DNA from: Nannocystis bainbridge
Lineage (GTDB): Bacteria; Myxococcota_A; Polyangia; Nannocystales; Nannocystaceae
DNA: 64,000 bases
Reading direction: 5' to 3'
Assembly (NCBI RefSeq): GCF_028368995.1
Contig: NZ_JAQNDL010000005.1
Span: 288,001 to 352,000, forward strand
Positions 1-9,586 of this stretch are shown one piece after another; the stretch's first letter is position 1, and every line of letters begins with the position of its first letter. Position numbers and translations under genes: made by a program. The notes beneath the pieces were generated by a model. That model searched no databases. It was not told the DNA's origin and saw only the letters and a program-made list of their open reading frames with translations.

Positions 1-288
1 CTGAGCTCTCCGGTTAGCAGTTCGATCCCGGTCATGCCGAGAGAGTTCCGGGGCAATGTAGTTCGGGGTGCCCGCGGGGCTTCGAGTCATCGGTCCAGAA
101 CTCGCCACGGGCACCCGTGCAAGGCCGAAATCGCCGAGTTTGATGATTATTCTCCCATCTTCTGGAGCACGAGTCGCTAGGAGGTTGTCTGGTTTAATGT
201 CCCGATGAAATCCTTCAAGCTGATGTATTGACGAGGCGGTGCAAATGCACGTAGAGGTCGAGGTCGCCGCGGAATCACTGGACCACCA
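1..288 (-). pseudogene. Ser/Thr protein kinase fragment (subdomains VIb-VIII), running off the window edge
   Basis: My minus-strand translation (not in the ORF track) gives ...IHQLEGFHRDIKPDNLL...IKLGDFGLAR...GTPNYIAPE. An in-frame TAA at 291-289 precedes it with no N-lobe. Lower GC than the flanks. Confidence 0.7.
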
Positions 289-612
289 TTAACGCCGGGC
301 AAGGTCGGCCGGCGGGCTCGAGCCGGCGAATGCGCATTGGAGGTCGGCCGGCGCCTCCCGAGCAACGACGTGAGAAAACCTCGAGGACGCCGATCTGCGA
401 CGAGCACCCACAGTCCGAGCGGGTCATGCGGCGCGCGTCCGTGCAGCGACCGCGCGTCGCTTCGTCGCGCTGAACGACGCGGCCGCGCACGTGGGATTCG
501 CGCATTGGCCGACGCGAGCGCGCCAACGCGCGCAGGCCCGCGTGGGCGGGGGGTAACGGTGTTCGTTGCGGTTCTCGCGGGGGGCGCATACCATGCCGCG
601 CGGGGGTTCACG

Positions 613-1866
613 ATGTTGGAAGCCGGCGAGGACACCGTGGATCTCCATGGGCAAGTCGAACGATTGAAGCGGCGCGTCGCCCAGCTCGAGCGCAACGACG
701 CCATTCACCAAAAGACGATCGAGGCGAGCCCGGACGTCACCTTCCGCTTCGATCCCGAAGCGCTCTGCAACTACGTCTCGCCAGCGATCGCCGATGTCCT
801 CGGTTACACCCCCGAGGAGCACGTCGGCAGCTCCGGCTTTGCGATCATCCACCCCGACGAGCAGCACCTCGCGCAGCAGCTCCGCGAGCGCCTGCTGCCC
901 GCGATGCCCGGCACGGGCAGCGACCGCTTCGGGCCGGTCCTGAGCCGGCTCCGGCACAAGGGCGGGCATTTCGTGTGGGTCGAGACCATGGTCGTGATCA
1001 TCCGCGACCCCGACACTGGTGTGGTCCAGGAGTTCGTGCTGACCGCCCGCGACGTCAACGCGCGGGTCGAGGCCGAGGCCGCCCTGCGCGTGAGCGAGGA
1101 GCGGTCCACGGCGATGCTCGACAATCTGCAGGTCGGCGTCGTGGTCCAGGGCGCCCGCAGCGAGATGCTGCGGTACAACGAGATCGCGCTCGACATGCTC
1201 GGCTTGACGGCGGAGCAGATCGAGGGTCGTGATTCGTTTGACTCGCGCTGGGCAGTGATCCACGAGGATGGCTCGCCGATGCCCGGAGACCAACACCCGG
1301 TCGTCGTCGCCATCACCACCGGCAAGCCCGTGCGCGAGGTGGTCATGGGCGTGTATCGCCCCGCCTCCGACTCGCGCGTGTGGCTGCTCGTGTCCGCGAC
1401 CCCCCAGTTCGACAAGTCCGGCCGCGCGTTCCAGACCGTCTGCACGTTCACGAACATCACCGCGCAAAAGCAGGCCGAGGTGCTGATCCGCGAGCAGAAG
1501 GAGCTGCTCGAGCGGATGAGCTCGCCCACCATCCCGATCGCCGCCGGCGTGGTCGTCCTGCCGCTGATCGGTCAGTTCGACGCGGGGCGGGCCGAACGCG
1601 TCCTCGACGGAGTACTGTCCGGAGTCGCGCTGCACACGGCCCGCGTCGTGATCCTCGACATCACCGGTGTCTCGACGGCCGACGCCGCCTTCGCCAGTTC
1701 GCTGTTGCAGATCAGTCGGGCCGTCCGCCTCCTCGGCGCGGAGGTCGTGGTCACCGGTATGACCCCGTCGATCGCGCAGATCCTGGTCGGCCTCGGCATC
1801 GACTTCCGCGGCCTCGTCACCCGCGGCACCCTGCAGGACGGCGTCGCCTTCGCCCTCGGGCGCTGA
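613..1866 (+). CDS. PAS-PAS-STAS (RsbR-like) sensory protein
   Basis: PAS motifs (YVSPA..VLGY, HPDE, LRHKGGHFVW) and C-terminal STAS (SSPTIPI..VVVLPLIG, ILDITGV, VRLLGA). ATG 613 chosen within ORF 337..1866. Confidence 0.85.
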   Translation: MLEAGEDTVDLHGQVERLKRRVAQLERNDAIHQKTIEASPDVTFRFDPEALCNYVSPAIADVLGYTPEEHVGSSGFAIIHPDEQHLAQQLRERLLPAMPGTGSDRFGPVLSRLRHKGGHFVWVETMVVIIRDPDTGVVQEFVLTARDVNARVEAEAALRVSEERSTAMLDNLQVGVVVQGARSEMLRYNEIALDMLGLTAEQIEGRDSFDSRWAVIHEDGSPMPGDQHPVVVAITTGKPVREVVMGVYRPASDSRVWLLVSATPQFDKSGRAFQTVCTFTNITAQKQAEVLIREQKELLERMSSPTIPIAAGVVVLPLIGQFDAGRAERVLDGVLSGVALHTARVVILDITGVSTADAAFASSLLQISRAVRLLGAEVVVTGMTPSIAQILVGLGIDFRGLVTRGTLQDGVAFALGR

Positions 1867-1932
1867 GACGTCGCCCTGCGGGCCGCCGCGGAGCGGCGCG
1901 GCCAGGCACCGCGCCGCGAGCGACCGTCGCTG

Positions 1933-3033
1933 TCAATAATGGCAGTGCTCGGAGTCCTCGATCGCGTCGACGAGCGCCTGCGGGTTGGAGAACTGCAGCA
2001 CGTGCACCGCGTCGGGCCCGTAGACCGGCACGAAGCAGCGCGACTTCGAGTCGCCGGTCAGGTGCTCGTACAGGGTCTCGCTCTCCGCGAGCTGGACGTA
2101 GATGTCCTCCTCGTAGGCGATCGCGCGCAGGCGCGTGCCCTTCTCGAACAGCTCGGCCTCGGCGGACGGACGCGAGGTGAACGGCCCGGTCCCGTTGAGC
2201 TGGTGGATCGCTCGCAGCGGCTCGCCGAGCGCGTTGAATCCGCCCGCCTCGATCTCTGCAGGGGTGAGCGCGCCGGGCACGACGTCGTTGTCGCGATTGG
2301 TAAAGTAAAAGGCGGGCCACAGCGATACCGGGATCTCGAACAGCTCGCCATACGCCGGCTCTGTCACCGCGAACGCCTGCAGCAACCCCGACAGGTCCCC
2401 GCTGTCGCCGAGCGCCCACGGGACCTCCGCGGGCAGGTCCGACGCGACCAGGATCGCTTCGCGGATCCCGAACCGCTTGCGCAAGCTGCTGCCCTCGTCG
2501 ACGAGCCGCTGCTGCAGCATCATCACCAGCGTGCCGCCCATGCTGTGGCCGAGGATCGTGCGCGGACGGATCTTGCGATCGTCGAGGCGCTCCAGCACCT
2601 CCTCGATCGCGGTGACGTAGTCGAACAGGTCGAGGTCGCCGAACAGCGCGCCCTGCGGGACGCCGCTGTTGCCGCGCACGGGCATGTCGGTCACCAGCAC
2701 GCACGCGTCCTCGCCGAGCGCGTCGGCGTACGGGCGCCACGAGGCGGCCGCGAACACGCCGCCGTGAACCGCGAAATGACAGTCCTTCGACTTGCTCGGC
2801 TTGTCGAGGGTGCCGTAGAGGTTGACGAAGAGATCGACGGTGACGCCCGGCCGCAGCTGGATGTCCTCGAGCAAGAACCCGGGCGTCCCGTCAGCGCCGA
2901 CGTCGAAATCGATGCCGGAGCCGCCGCCCTTGCGCGCCTCGATGTCGGAATCGGGGGAGATATCCGCGCAACCCGCCACCAGAGCCACGAGGGCGGCGAG
3001 CACACAACGTTCCGCAGGGTCCACGATGTTCAT
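1933..3033 (-). CDS. Alpha/beta hydrolase lipoprotein
   Basis: Lipobox VAGC, oxyanion VHGG, nucleophile elbow GHSMGG, C-terminal His. Confidence 0.8.
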   Translation of the reverse strand: MNIVDPAERCVLAALVALVAGCADISPDSDIEARKGGGSGIDFDVGADGTPGFLLEDIQLRPGVTVDLFVNLYGTLDKPSKSKDCHFAVHGGVFAAASWRPYADALGEDACVLVTDMPVRGNSGVPQGALFGDLDLFDYVTAIEEVLERLDDRKIRPRTILGHSMGGTLVMMLQQRLVDEGSSLRKRFGIREAILVASDLPAEVPWALGDSGDLSGLLQAFAVTEPAYGELFEIPVSLWPAFYFTNRDNDVVPGALTPAEIEAGGFNALGEPLRAIHQLNGTGPFTSRPSAEAELFEKGTRLRAIAYEEDIYVQLAESETLYEHLTGDSKSRCFVPVYGPDAVHVLQFSNPQALVDAIEDSEHCHY

Positions 3034-3505
3034 TACATCGGTTATGCCAGCCGCGACCGTTCGTGGGAAGCCGTCGCGAGTGTCTCACACTGTATGTATT
3101 TCGTGCCGGAGAGCGAATGTCTCCACGTGGCGGGTCTGCGCTGAGGGTCGCCTCGATGCGAGCGCAATCGCGGTCGTCTGCGACAGGTCGCAATGTCGTC
3201 ACTCTCACCACGTTCAAGCGGCGGTCCAGAGGCCACAGTCGCTGCTTGCTCACGAGAATCATCAAGAGAGGGTCACGCCGTCCCCGGGCTGCGCCCGAGT
3301 CGAACGAGGGCGTCCCGCTCCTTCAACGAACTGTCATCCATCGAGTACGGGCGGCGTCCCGGGTCCTCGCATGCGCGCCCGGGATCGCCCGTCGCGGGGC
3401 GGTCGTGGGCTCGGCGTCGCCCCCGCTGCCGCTACCTGTCCCCGCGGACATATGTGCATTGTCGTGGGCCAGAACGGCCGCGACGTGCATGCGACCCGTC
3501 GCTCG

Positions 3506-5677
3506 TCACCCCGTCCGCTTCTTCTCGGCCGCGCGCATGCCCTCGACGCGCCACGCGAACTCGAGCTCGAGATCGGCCCCGGCGCCGCCCGACTCGTACG
3601 CGATGCGGCCCTCACGATCGAGGAACCATGTCGTCGGGAAGCTATTCAACCCGGCGCGCTCGCAGTACCCGTCGCTCATCGCCACTCCGAAGCGCTGCGG
3701 GTGCGCGGCCAGCCACGTGCGCACCTCCTCGGCCGAATCGATCGCGTGCACGCTCAGCACCACCACGTCGCGCGCCCGCGCCTGCGCGTCGACGAACGCC
3801 TGCCAGCGCGGCAGCTCCTCCACGCACGGCCCGCAGGTCGTGAACCAAAAATGCAGCACCACCAGCTTGTCGCGCACCGACGCGCTGCTGACGACCTCGC
3901 CGTCGAGCCGGGTGAAGCGGAACTCCGGCGCCGGCTTCGGCGCCGCGGCGATCGCCGCGAACACCTGCTGCCGCCGCGCCTCTCGCACCTGCGCCAGCAG
4001 CTTGGCCGCGTGCCCGTCGAAGCCGCCCAGTTCGCCGTGCGCTCGCTGCCACGCCGCCGTCAGCCCGCGCCAGCACGCGTCCTCGCCCGGCTCGCCCTCG
4101 CTCTCGTCGCTGCAGGCCATCAGCAAACGATCGGCCGCCGCTGCGTCGCCGCGCAGCCGCGCGACCTCGGCCTGCGCCAGCGTGTGATCGTCGCCCTGGC
4201 GGCCGCGCCGGGTCGCCTCCGCCAGCGCTGCCTCGCCATCGGCCAGTCGCCGCTCGCCCAGGCGCACCCGCGCCAGCAGGTCGTAGAGCGCGCCCTCGAG
4301 CCAGCCCTTCAGCCCGTCGAAGCTGTGGCCCCTGGCGTTGGCCGCCGCGAGCTCGCCGGCGACCGCCGCCAGCCCCTCGCGCACCAGCGCCTCCGCGCGC
4401 GCCGGCTCGGCCCCGCGATCGGCCAGCGCTCGCGCGGCAGCGCCGAAGAACTCGAGCTGCTGCCGGTGCACGCGCGGCCGCGTCGCCTCGATCGCCGCCA
4501 CCACCTGCGTCGCCGTCGCGGCCGGGTCGGCGACCGTCGCCGCGAACTGCCGCAGCGCCGCCGCCTCGCGCAGCAGCGGATCGTGATGACGCGGCCGGGC
4601 CAGGAACGCCGCGTCGGCGGCCCGCTGCGCCGCTGCCTCGGCCGCCGTCAGCCGCGCGTGCGCATAAGGACCGCCCCCGAGCGCCTCGTCGCGGGCCGCC
4701 TGCACCGCTTCGGCCGCCGGCGAGTCGGCGAACTCCGCGACCACGCGGGCCTCGAGCGGCTCTGCCAGCGCGTCCTCGCCGATCGAACGGTACGCCTCGG
4801 CCGCCGCCCGCAGCAGCCCCGGTCGCGGGTCCGCGGCCGCCAGCGTCGCCGAGATGTCCTCGAGCACAGCTCGCTTGTTGGCCGCCGTATCACCGGGCTG
4901 CATCGAGAGCAGCTCCCACCGCTGCTGCCGCAGCCGCAACGACCCCGGCGCGCGCTCCAGGCCGCGGTCGACCCACGCCAGCGCCTCGGTCAGCCGCCAC
5001 GCCCGCGCCAGCCCCTCGCCGACCAGCGCCGCCGTCGTCACGAATTCGGGGTCACCCGGCCGGACCGCGTGGGCGTCGGCCAGCGCCTGCGGCACCAGCG
5101 TCGGATCTCCGCGCGCCCCCCCGAGCCGCGCCACCGCCCGCGCCCACGCCGGCGCCTGCGGGTACGCGGCCACCAGCGCCGTCAGCTCGTCGCTGCGGCC
5201 CCACTTCGCCAGCGCCGCCGCGCGCAGCCGCAGCGCGTCGGGGTGGCCCGCCAGCGCCTCGACCAGCGCCGCCGTGTCCGCGAGTCGATCGGCCCGGGCC
5301 GGCGCCGACTCCTCGTACCACACCGCCGCGCGCGCCCACTGGCCCCACGCATCATCTGGCCTTTCGGACACCCACCGATCGGCCAGCGCCGCCGCCTCGA
5401 GGTTGCGCCCCGTCCGCGCCACGCAGGCGAGCCACCACGCCCGCAGCCTGCCGCTGGCAGGGTGATGCTGCAGCTGCGCCTCGCCCTCGGCCGCGCAGCG
5501 CTCCCCCTCGTCCGCGGCCAGCAGCGCCCGCAGCCGGTCGGCCGCGCCCTCGGCCGGATCGTCGACCTGGGCCTCGCGCTCGCGCGCCGGCATCGGAGCC
5601 CGCGACGAGCAGCCGACGAGGCCCAGCGCCAATGCCAGAGACATGACCCTTCGAACAGGTGTTCTTCGCCGCATCAT
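3506..5677 (-). CDS. TPR-like helical lipoprotein with C-terminal TlpA/thioredoxin-like redoxin domain
   Basis: Lipobox LVGC, Ala-rich helical repeats, then PAPEFRF..LDG, FWFTTCGPC, FPTTWFLDREG. Confidence 0.8.
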   Translation of the reverse strand: MMRRRTPVRRVMSLALALGLVGCSSRAPMPAREREAQVDDPAEGAADRLRALLAADEGERCAAEGEAQLQHHPASGRLRAWWLACVARTGRNLEAAALADRWVSERPDDAWGQWARAAVWYEESAPARADRLADTAALVEALAGHPDALRLRAAALAKWGRSDELTALVAAYPQAPAWARAVARLGGARGDPTLVPQALADAHAVRPGDPEFVTTAALVGEGLARAWRLTEALAWVDRGLERAPGSLRLRQQRWELLSMQPGDTAANKRAVLEDISATLAAADPRPGLLRAAAEAYRSIGEDALAEPLEARVVAEFADSPAAEAVQAARDEALGGGPYAHARLTAAEAAAQRAADAAFLARPRHHDPLLREAAALRQFAATVADPAATATQVVAAIEATRPRVHRQQLEFFGAAARALADRGAEPARAEALVREGLAAVAGELAAANARGHSFDGLKGWLEGALYDLLARVRLGERRLADGEAALAEATRRGRQGDDHTLAQAEVARLRGDAAAADRLLMACSDESEGEPGEDACWRGLTAAWQRAHGELGGFDGHAAKLLAQVREARRQQVFAAIAAAPKPAPEFRFTRLDGEVVSSASVRDKLVVLHFWFTTCGPCVEELPRWQAFVDAQARARDVVVLSVHAIDSAEEVRTWLAAHPQRFGVAMSDGYCERAGLNSFPTTWFLDREGRIAYESGGAGADLELEFAWRVEGMRAAEKKRTG

Positions 5678-6079
5678 CCGTCACTCCTCGCCCTGACACC
5701 TCGCGTGCCCCATGGTCTCGTCGCCCGCGAGCGAGCGCTGGCGCCGAGGACATGTCCCTTCGGACAGGTGATCGCCGCGGCGTCACCCGCCCCTCCCGGG
5801 CATGGCGTCGGCCGAGCAACCGCGACGATGGCAGGCCGCTGCATTCCGCCGCTTCACACCGACCCAATGGGAGCCACGCCTCGAGCTCCCTCCCGTCACG
5901 CGCGACCACCCCGGCACTCTACCTCAGTTCGCCGCCGACCACCGCTCGCTCGAGATGTCGAGCCGTCTTGCCGTGCGTGGTCGGTCAGGAGGTCGAGACG
6001 CCGTTGCTCCGCGAGCCCGCCGTCGATCGGCACAGACACGCCGGAGCGGGCGCCCGGCGGGCGATCGCCGTACCGCCGC

Positions 6080-6428
6080 ATGGAAGTCGCGGGCCCACCT
6101 CCGCGGCGTGCGAGCTCGCTGCCCGCGGCCGCGCGCCGCCTCGGCGTCTGCAGCTTCGTGGCGACGCTGCTGCCATGGCTCGGCGCGATCGTCGACCACG
6201 AGGGCCTGCTGGTCCTTTTCGCGGCGATCGCGACGATGCTGTGGCTGGTCGCCGGCATGATGACCTCGAGCGCCTTGGGGCCGCCTCGACGCGCCGCCCG
6301 ATCCCGCCGAGGTCTGCGAGATCGGGCACGCCAAGCTCTGGCTGGTCGCCACCGCGCTCTCGCTCGGGCTGCTGTTCGCGCTCTCCTGGGATTCCCTCGT
6401 CATCGGCCTTCTGCCCGGCGGTCGGTGA
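6080..6428 (+). pseudogene. Small 3-TM membrane protein interrupted by one extra G (frameshift or sequencing error)
   Basis: MEVAG...LWLVAGMMTSSALG continues as RLDAPPDPAEVCEIGHAKLWLVATALSLGLLFALSW...GGR* if one G is removed from GGGG at 6277-6280. Confidence 0.55.
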
Positions 6429-6499
6429 CCGTCGCTCGTGCGGCCGCGGGCTCCGAGCTCCCGGTCGACACGCAATTCTGGGGACCGCGCATTCGTCCC

Positions 6500-6608
6500 T
6501 GCATCTCGAATCCGTCGACCCTTCGGCGAGCGCCAGGCTCCGCGGAGTCGAGCCGGCCGCGATCACCCGCGTACGCAGCTCCTCCGAGCACGCCGATCGC
6601 GGCGGCAT
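6500..6608 (-). mobile_element. Possible remnant of an IS630-family transposase N-terminus
   Basis: MPPRSACSEELRTRVIAA resembles the IS630 HTH start (M..YS.DLR.RV.AA). No further transposase sequence follows. Confidence 0.3.
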
Positions 6609-6925
6609 GACCTGTCTTTCGAGACATGTCAAGATCCGCCTCCGGTCCATCGGCAAACACCACGCGCGTGCTCGACATCACCAGCCGCTCCGGCTCCCCG
6701 GCGCGTGCCTCGCCTCGCCGGCGATCGGACCGCGCGCCCCGGCCTCGCGCCTCACTTATCAAACCTGACCTTTCGAACATGTGACCTGCGCCGCGATCGC
6801 GGCGCGCCCTCCGTCCGCCGCCCGCGCCGGCCGGCGGGCGGGGCGCGGCCGGCTGCTGCTCGCTCGCCACGCGCGGCCAGCCTTGAAAAGGCTCCGATCG
6901 GTTCTATTCCCCTGCGAAAGGAAGG

Positions 6926-9586
6926 ATGGCCAGCGACCGTCGCGACATCGGAGAGCTGCTCGTCGCGTCGGGCGGCGATCCCGACGACCTCCTCGAGTGC
7001 CTCGAGCACAGCGCCGTGGCGATCCACCTCGTCGACCCTTCCGGCGCGATCGTGTGGGTCAACGCCGCCCTGGGCGCCGCCCTCGGCCGCGACCGCGGCG
7101 ACTGCCTCGGCCGTCACGCGGCCGAGCTGCACCTCGACCCACATGTCTTTGCGGACATCTGGGCGCGCCTCGTCGCCGGCGAGTCGGTGCCCCCGCGGCC
7201 CGTCCGCCTGCGCGGCGCCTCCGGCACGTGCGACGTCCTGCTCTCCGCCAGCGCCGCCCGCGACCGCGACGGCGGCCTCCTCGGCGCCCGCTTCTGCGCC
7301 CGCACCCCGCTCGTCGCCTCCGATCCCGGCGCCGCTGCGATCGTCGCTGGCGCCCCGCTGGGCATCGTGCGCGCCCGCCTCGACGGCACCGTGCTGGCCG
7401 TCAACCCGGCCTTCTGCGCCCTGCTCGGCCGCACCGCCGACGAGCTCGTCGGCGACGACCTGTTCGCCCTCACCCACCCTGACGATCGCCAGCTCGATCA
7501 GGACAAATTCGCCCAGCTGTGCGCCGGCCAACTCCGCAGCTACGCCCTCACCCGGCGGCTCCTCCGCGGCGACGGCTCGCCGGTGTGGACGCGGCTGCAC
7601 GCCGCCGTCGTGCGCGACCCCGCCGGCGCGCCCGCGTTCTACTTCGGCCTCGTCGAGGACACCGACGCCGAGCGGCGCGCCGAGGACGAACGCCGCCGGC
7701 GCGAGCGGCAGTACGAGCTGCTCACCCGCCTGTCGCCGGTCGGCATCTTCCTCGGCGAGGCCGCCAGCGAGTGCGTGTTCGTCAACGAGGAGTGGGTGCG
7801 GATCACCGGGCGCACCTTGCCCGAGGTCCGCGGCGGCGGCTGGCGGCGCGCGCTCCACCCCGACGACGCCCTGCGGGTGACCACCGGCTGCCGCCGCGCC
7901 CTCGCCGAAGGCGGCTCCTTCACCGGCGAGTGGCGCATGCTGCGGCCCGACGGCGCCACGGTGTGGGTGCTCGGCCGCTTCGCCGACGTGGCCGACAGCG
8001 CCGGCCGCAGGCTCTACGTCGGCACGATCACCGACATCACCGCCCGCGTCCGCGCCGAGCTCGATCGGGCCCGCCTCGCCGTCATCGTCGAGCACGCCGC
8101 CGACGCCCTGTTCTTGCTCGGCCCCGACGGCACCGTGGCGATCTGGAACCCCGGCGCCGAGAAGCTGCTCGGCCACCCCGGCGCCGAGATCCGCGGGCGC
8201 TTCCTCGGCGACCTCGTGCCCGGCCACGGGCGCGAGATCGAGGCCGCCCTGCGCCGCGTGCTCACCGGTGACGTCGTGCGCGAGCTCGACGCCCAGGTCC
8301 GGCGCGACGACGGCGCTCTGTTCGCCGTCACCGTCACGGCCTGCCCCGTGCACGACCCCGGCGGCGAGGTCTCCGCGATCTCGGTCATCCTCCACGACGT
8401 CACCCCGCTCAAGCGCGTCGAGCAGGCGCTGCGGACCAGCGAGGCCCGGTTCCGCGGGCTCATCGAGGCCAGCGCCCAGATCGTGTGGTCGTCCGAGCCC
8501 GACGGCTCGATCGTCGAGGACTCGCCGTCGTGGCGCGCCTTCACCGGTCAGACCGTCGCCGAGATGCGCGGCTTCGGCTGGCTCGACGCCATCGCCCCTG
8601 ACGAGCGTGAGCGCGTCCGCGACGGCTGGCAGCAGATCCGCAGCGGGCGCGTGACCGGCAGCATCGAGTACCGCCTGCGCCGCGCCGACGGCCGCTATGC
8701 CGTCGCCGAGATCCGCGCCGTGCCGATGTTCGGGCCCGACGGCCAGATCCGCGAGTGGGTCGGCGTGTGCGTCGACGTCACCGACAAGCGGCGCGTCGAG
8801 GCCCAGCGCGAGGCGCTGGTCGCCGACCTGCGCCGCAGCATGCACTACCAGGAGATGTTCATGGCCGTGCTCGGCCACGACCTGCGCAGCCCGCTGTCGG
8901 CGATCCTGATGGCGACCAGCCTCGGCCTGCGGCGCAGCCCCGACGATCGCACCCGCCGCGTCCTGCATCAGATCGCCGGCAGCGGCCAGCGCATGCTGCG
9001 GATGATCGAGCAGCTGCTCGACGTCACCCGGATCCGCGCCGCCGGCGGCCTCGAGGTGCGGCTGGCGCGGACCGACCTCGCCGCGATCTGCCGCATCATC
9101 ATCGACGAGCACCAGCAGGCCAACCCGGCCGCGCGCATCGTCCTCGACGTGCGCGGCGAGACCCGCGGCACCTGGGACGTCGACCGCCTGTCGCAGCTCG
9201 CCTCCAACCTGATCGGCAACGCCATCCAGCACGCCGAGGGCGCCCCCGTGGCGACCGCCCAGGTCGACGGGCGCGACCCCGCGGTCGTCCGCTTCGTCGT
9301 CCACAACCGCGGCGCCATCGCCCCCGAGCTGCTCAGCACGATCTTCGACCCGTTCCACCGCGCCGCCCAGGGCTCGGCCAAGACCGCCGGCCTCGGCCTC
9401 GGCCTCTACATCAGCGAGCAGATCGCCGTGGCTCATGGCGGCTCCGTCGTGGTCGAGTCGACCCGCGCCGGCGGCACCTATTTCCGCGTCGAGCTGCCGC
9501 GTCACCCCAAACCGGCCACGCTGTCGCCCCCGGGTATCCGCGAGAACCACGGCGCGCCGCTGGTGCGCGGGAACGGGGTCGGATGA
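6926..9586 (+). CDS. Multi-PAS sensor histidine kinase
   Basis: Five PAS-like domains, H-box GHDLRSPL, N-box NLIGNAIQH, G-box GLGLGL. AAGGAAGG precedes the ATG. Confidence 0.93.
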   Translation: MASDRRDIGELLVASGGDPDDLLECLEHSAVAIHLVDPSGAIVWVNAALGAALGRDRGDCLGRHAAELHLDPHVFADIWARLVAGESVPPRPVRLRGASGTCDVLLSASAARDRDGGLLGARFCARTPLVASDPGAAAIVAGAPLGIVRARLDGTVLAVNPAFCALLGRTADELVGDDLFALTHPDDRQLDQDKFAQLCAGQLRSYALTRRLLRGDGSPVWTRLHAAVVRDPAGAPAFYFGLVEDTDAERRAEDERRRRERQYELLTRLSPVGIFLGEAASECVFVNEEWVRITGRTLPEVRGGGWRRALHPDDALRVTTGCRRALAEGGSFTGEWRMLRPDGATVWVLGRFADVADSAGRRLYVGTITDITARVRAELDRARLAVIVEHAADALFLLGPDGTVAIWNPGAEKLLGHPGAEIRGRFLGDLVPGHGREIEAALRRVLTGDVVRELDAQVRRDDGALFAVTVTACPVHDPGGEVSAISVILHDVTPLKRVEQALRTSEARFRGLIEASAQIVWSSEPDGSIVEDSPSWRAFTGQTVAEMRGFGWLDAIAPDERERVRDGWQQIRSGRVTGSIEYRLRRADGRYAVAEIRAVPMFGPDGQIREWVGVCVDVTDKRRVEAQREALVADLRRSMHYQEMFMAVLGHDLRSPLSAILMATSLGLRRSPDDRTRRVLHQIAGSGQRMLRMIEQLLDVTRIRAAGGLEVRLARTDLAAICRIIIDEHQQANPAARIVLDVRGETRGTWDVDRLSQLASNLIGNAIQHAEGAPVATAQVDGRDPAVVRFVVHNRGAIAPELLSTIFDPFHRAAQGSAKTAGLGLGLYISEQIAVAHGGSVVVESTRAGGTYFRVELPRHPKPATLSPPGIRENHGAPLVRGNGVG

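Noticed and set aside
795-5370. Weak single matches to the 14-mer at 795, 4855 and 5357
   Set aside because: Each has one or two arm mismatches and could arise from ordinary coding sequence, so they were not counted among the loci.
2822-6610. 1262-aa plus-strand ORF and the other long Arg/Pro/Ala-rich overlapping ORFs (for example 6752-9550, 9502-12888, 10020-12850, 25082-27721, 41537-44227, 58566-61052)
   Set aside because: These are shadow frames of real genes in very high-GC DNA, with no domain motifs and few stop codons by composition.
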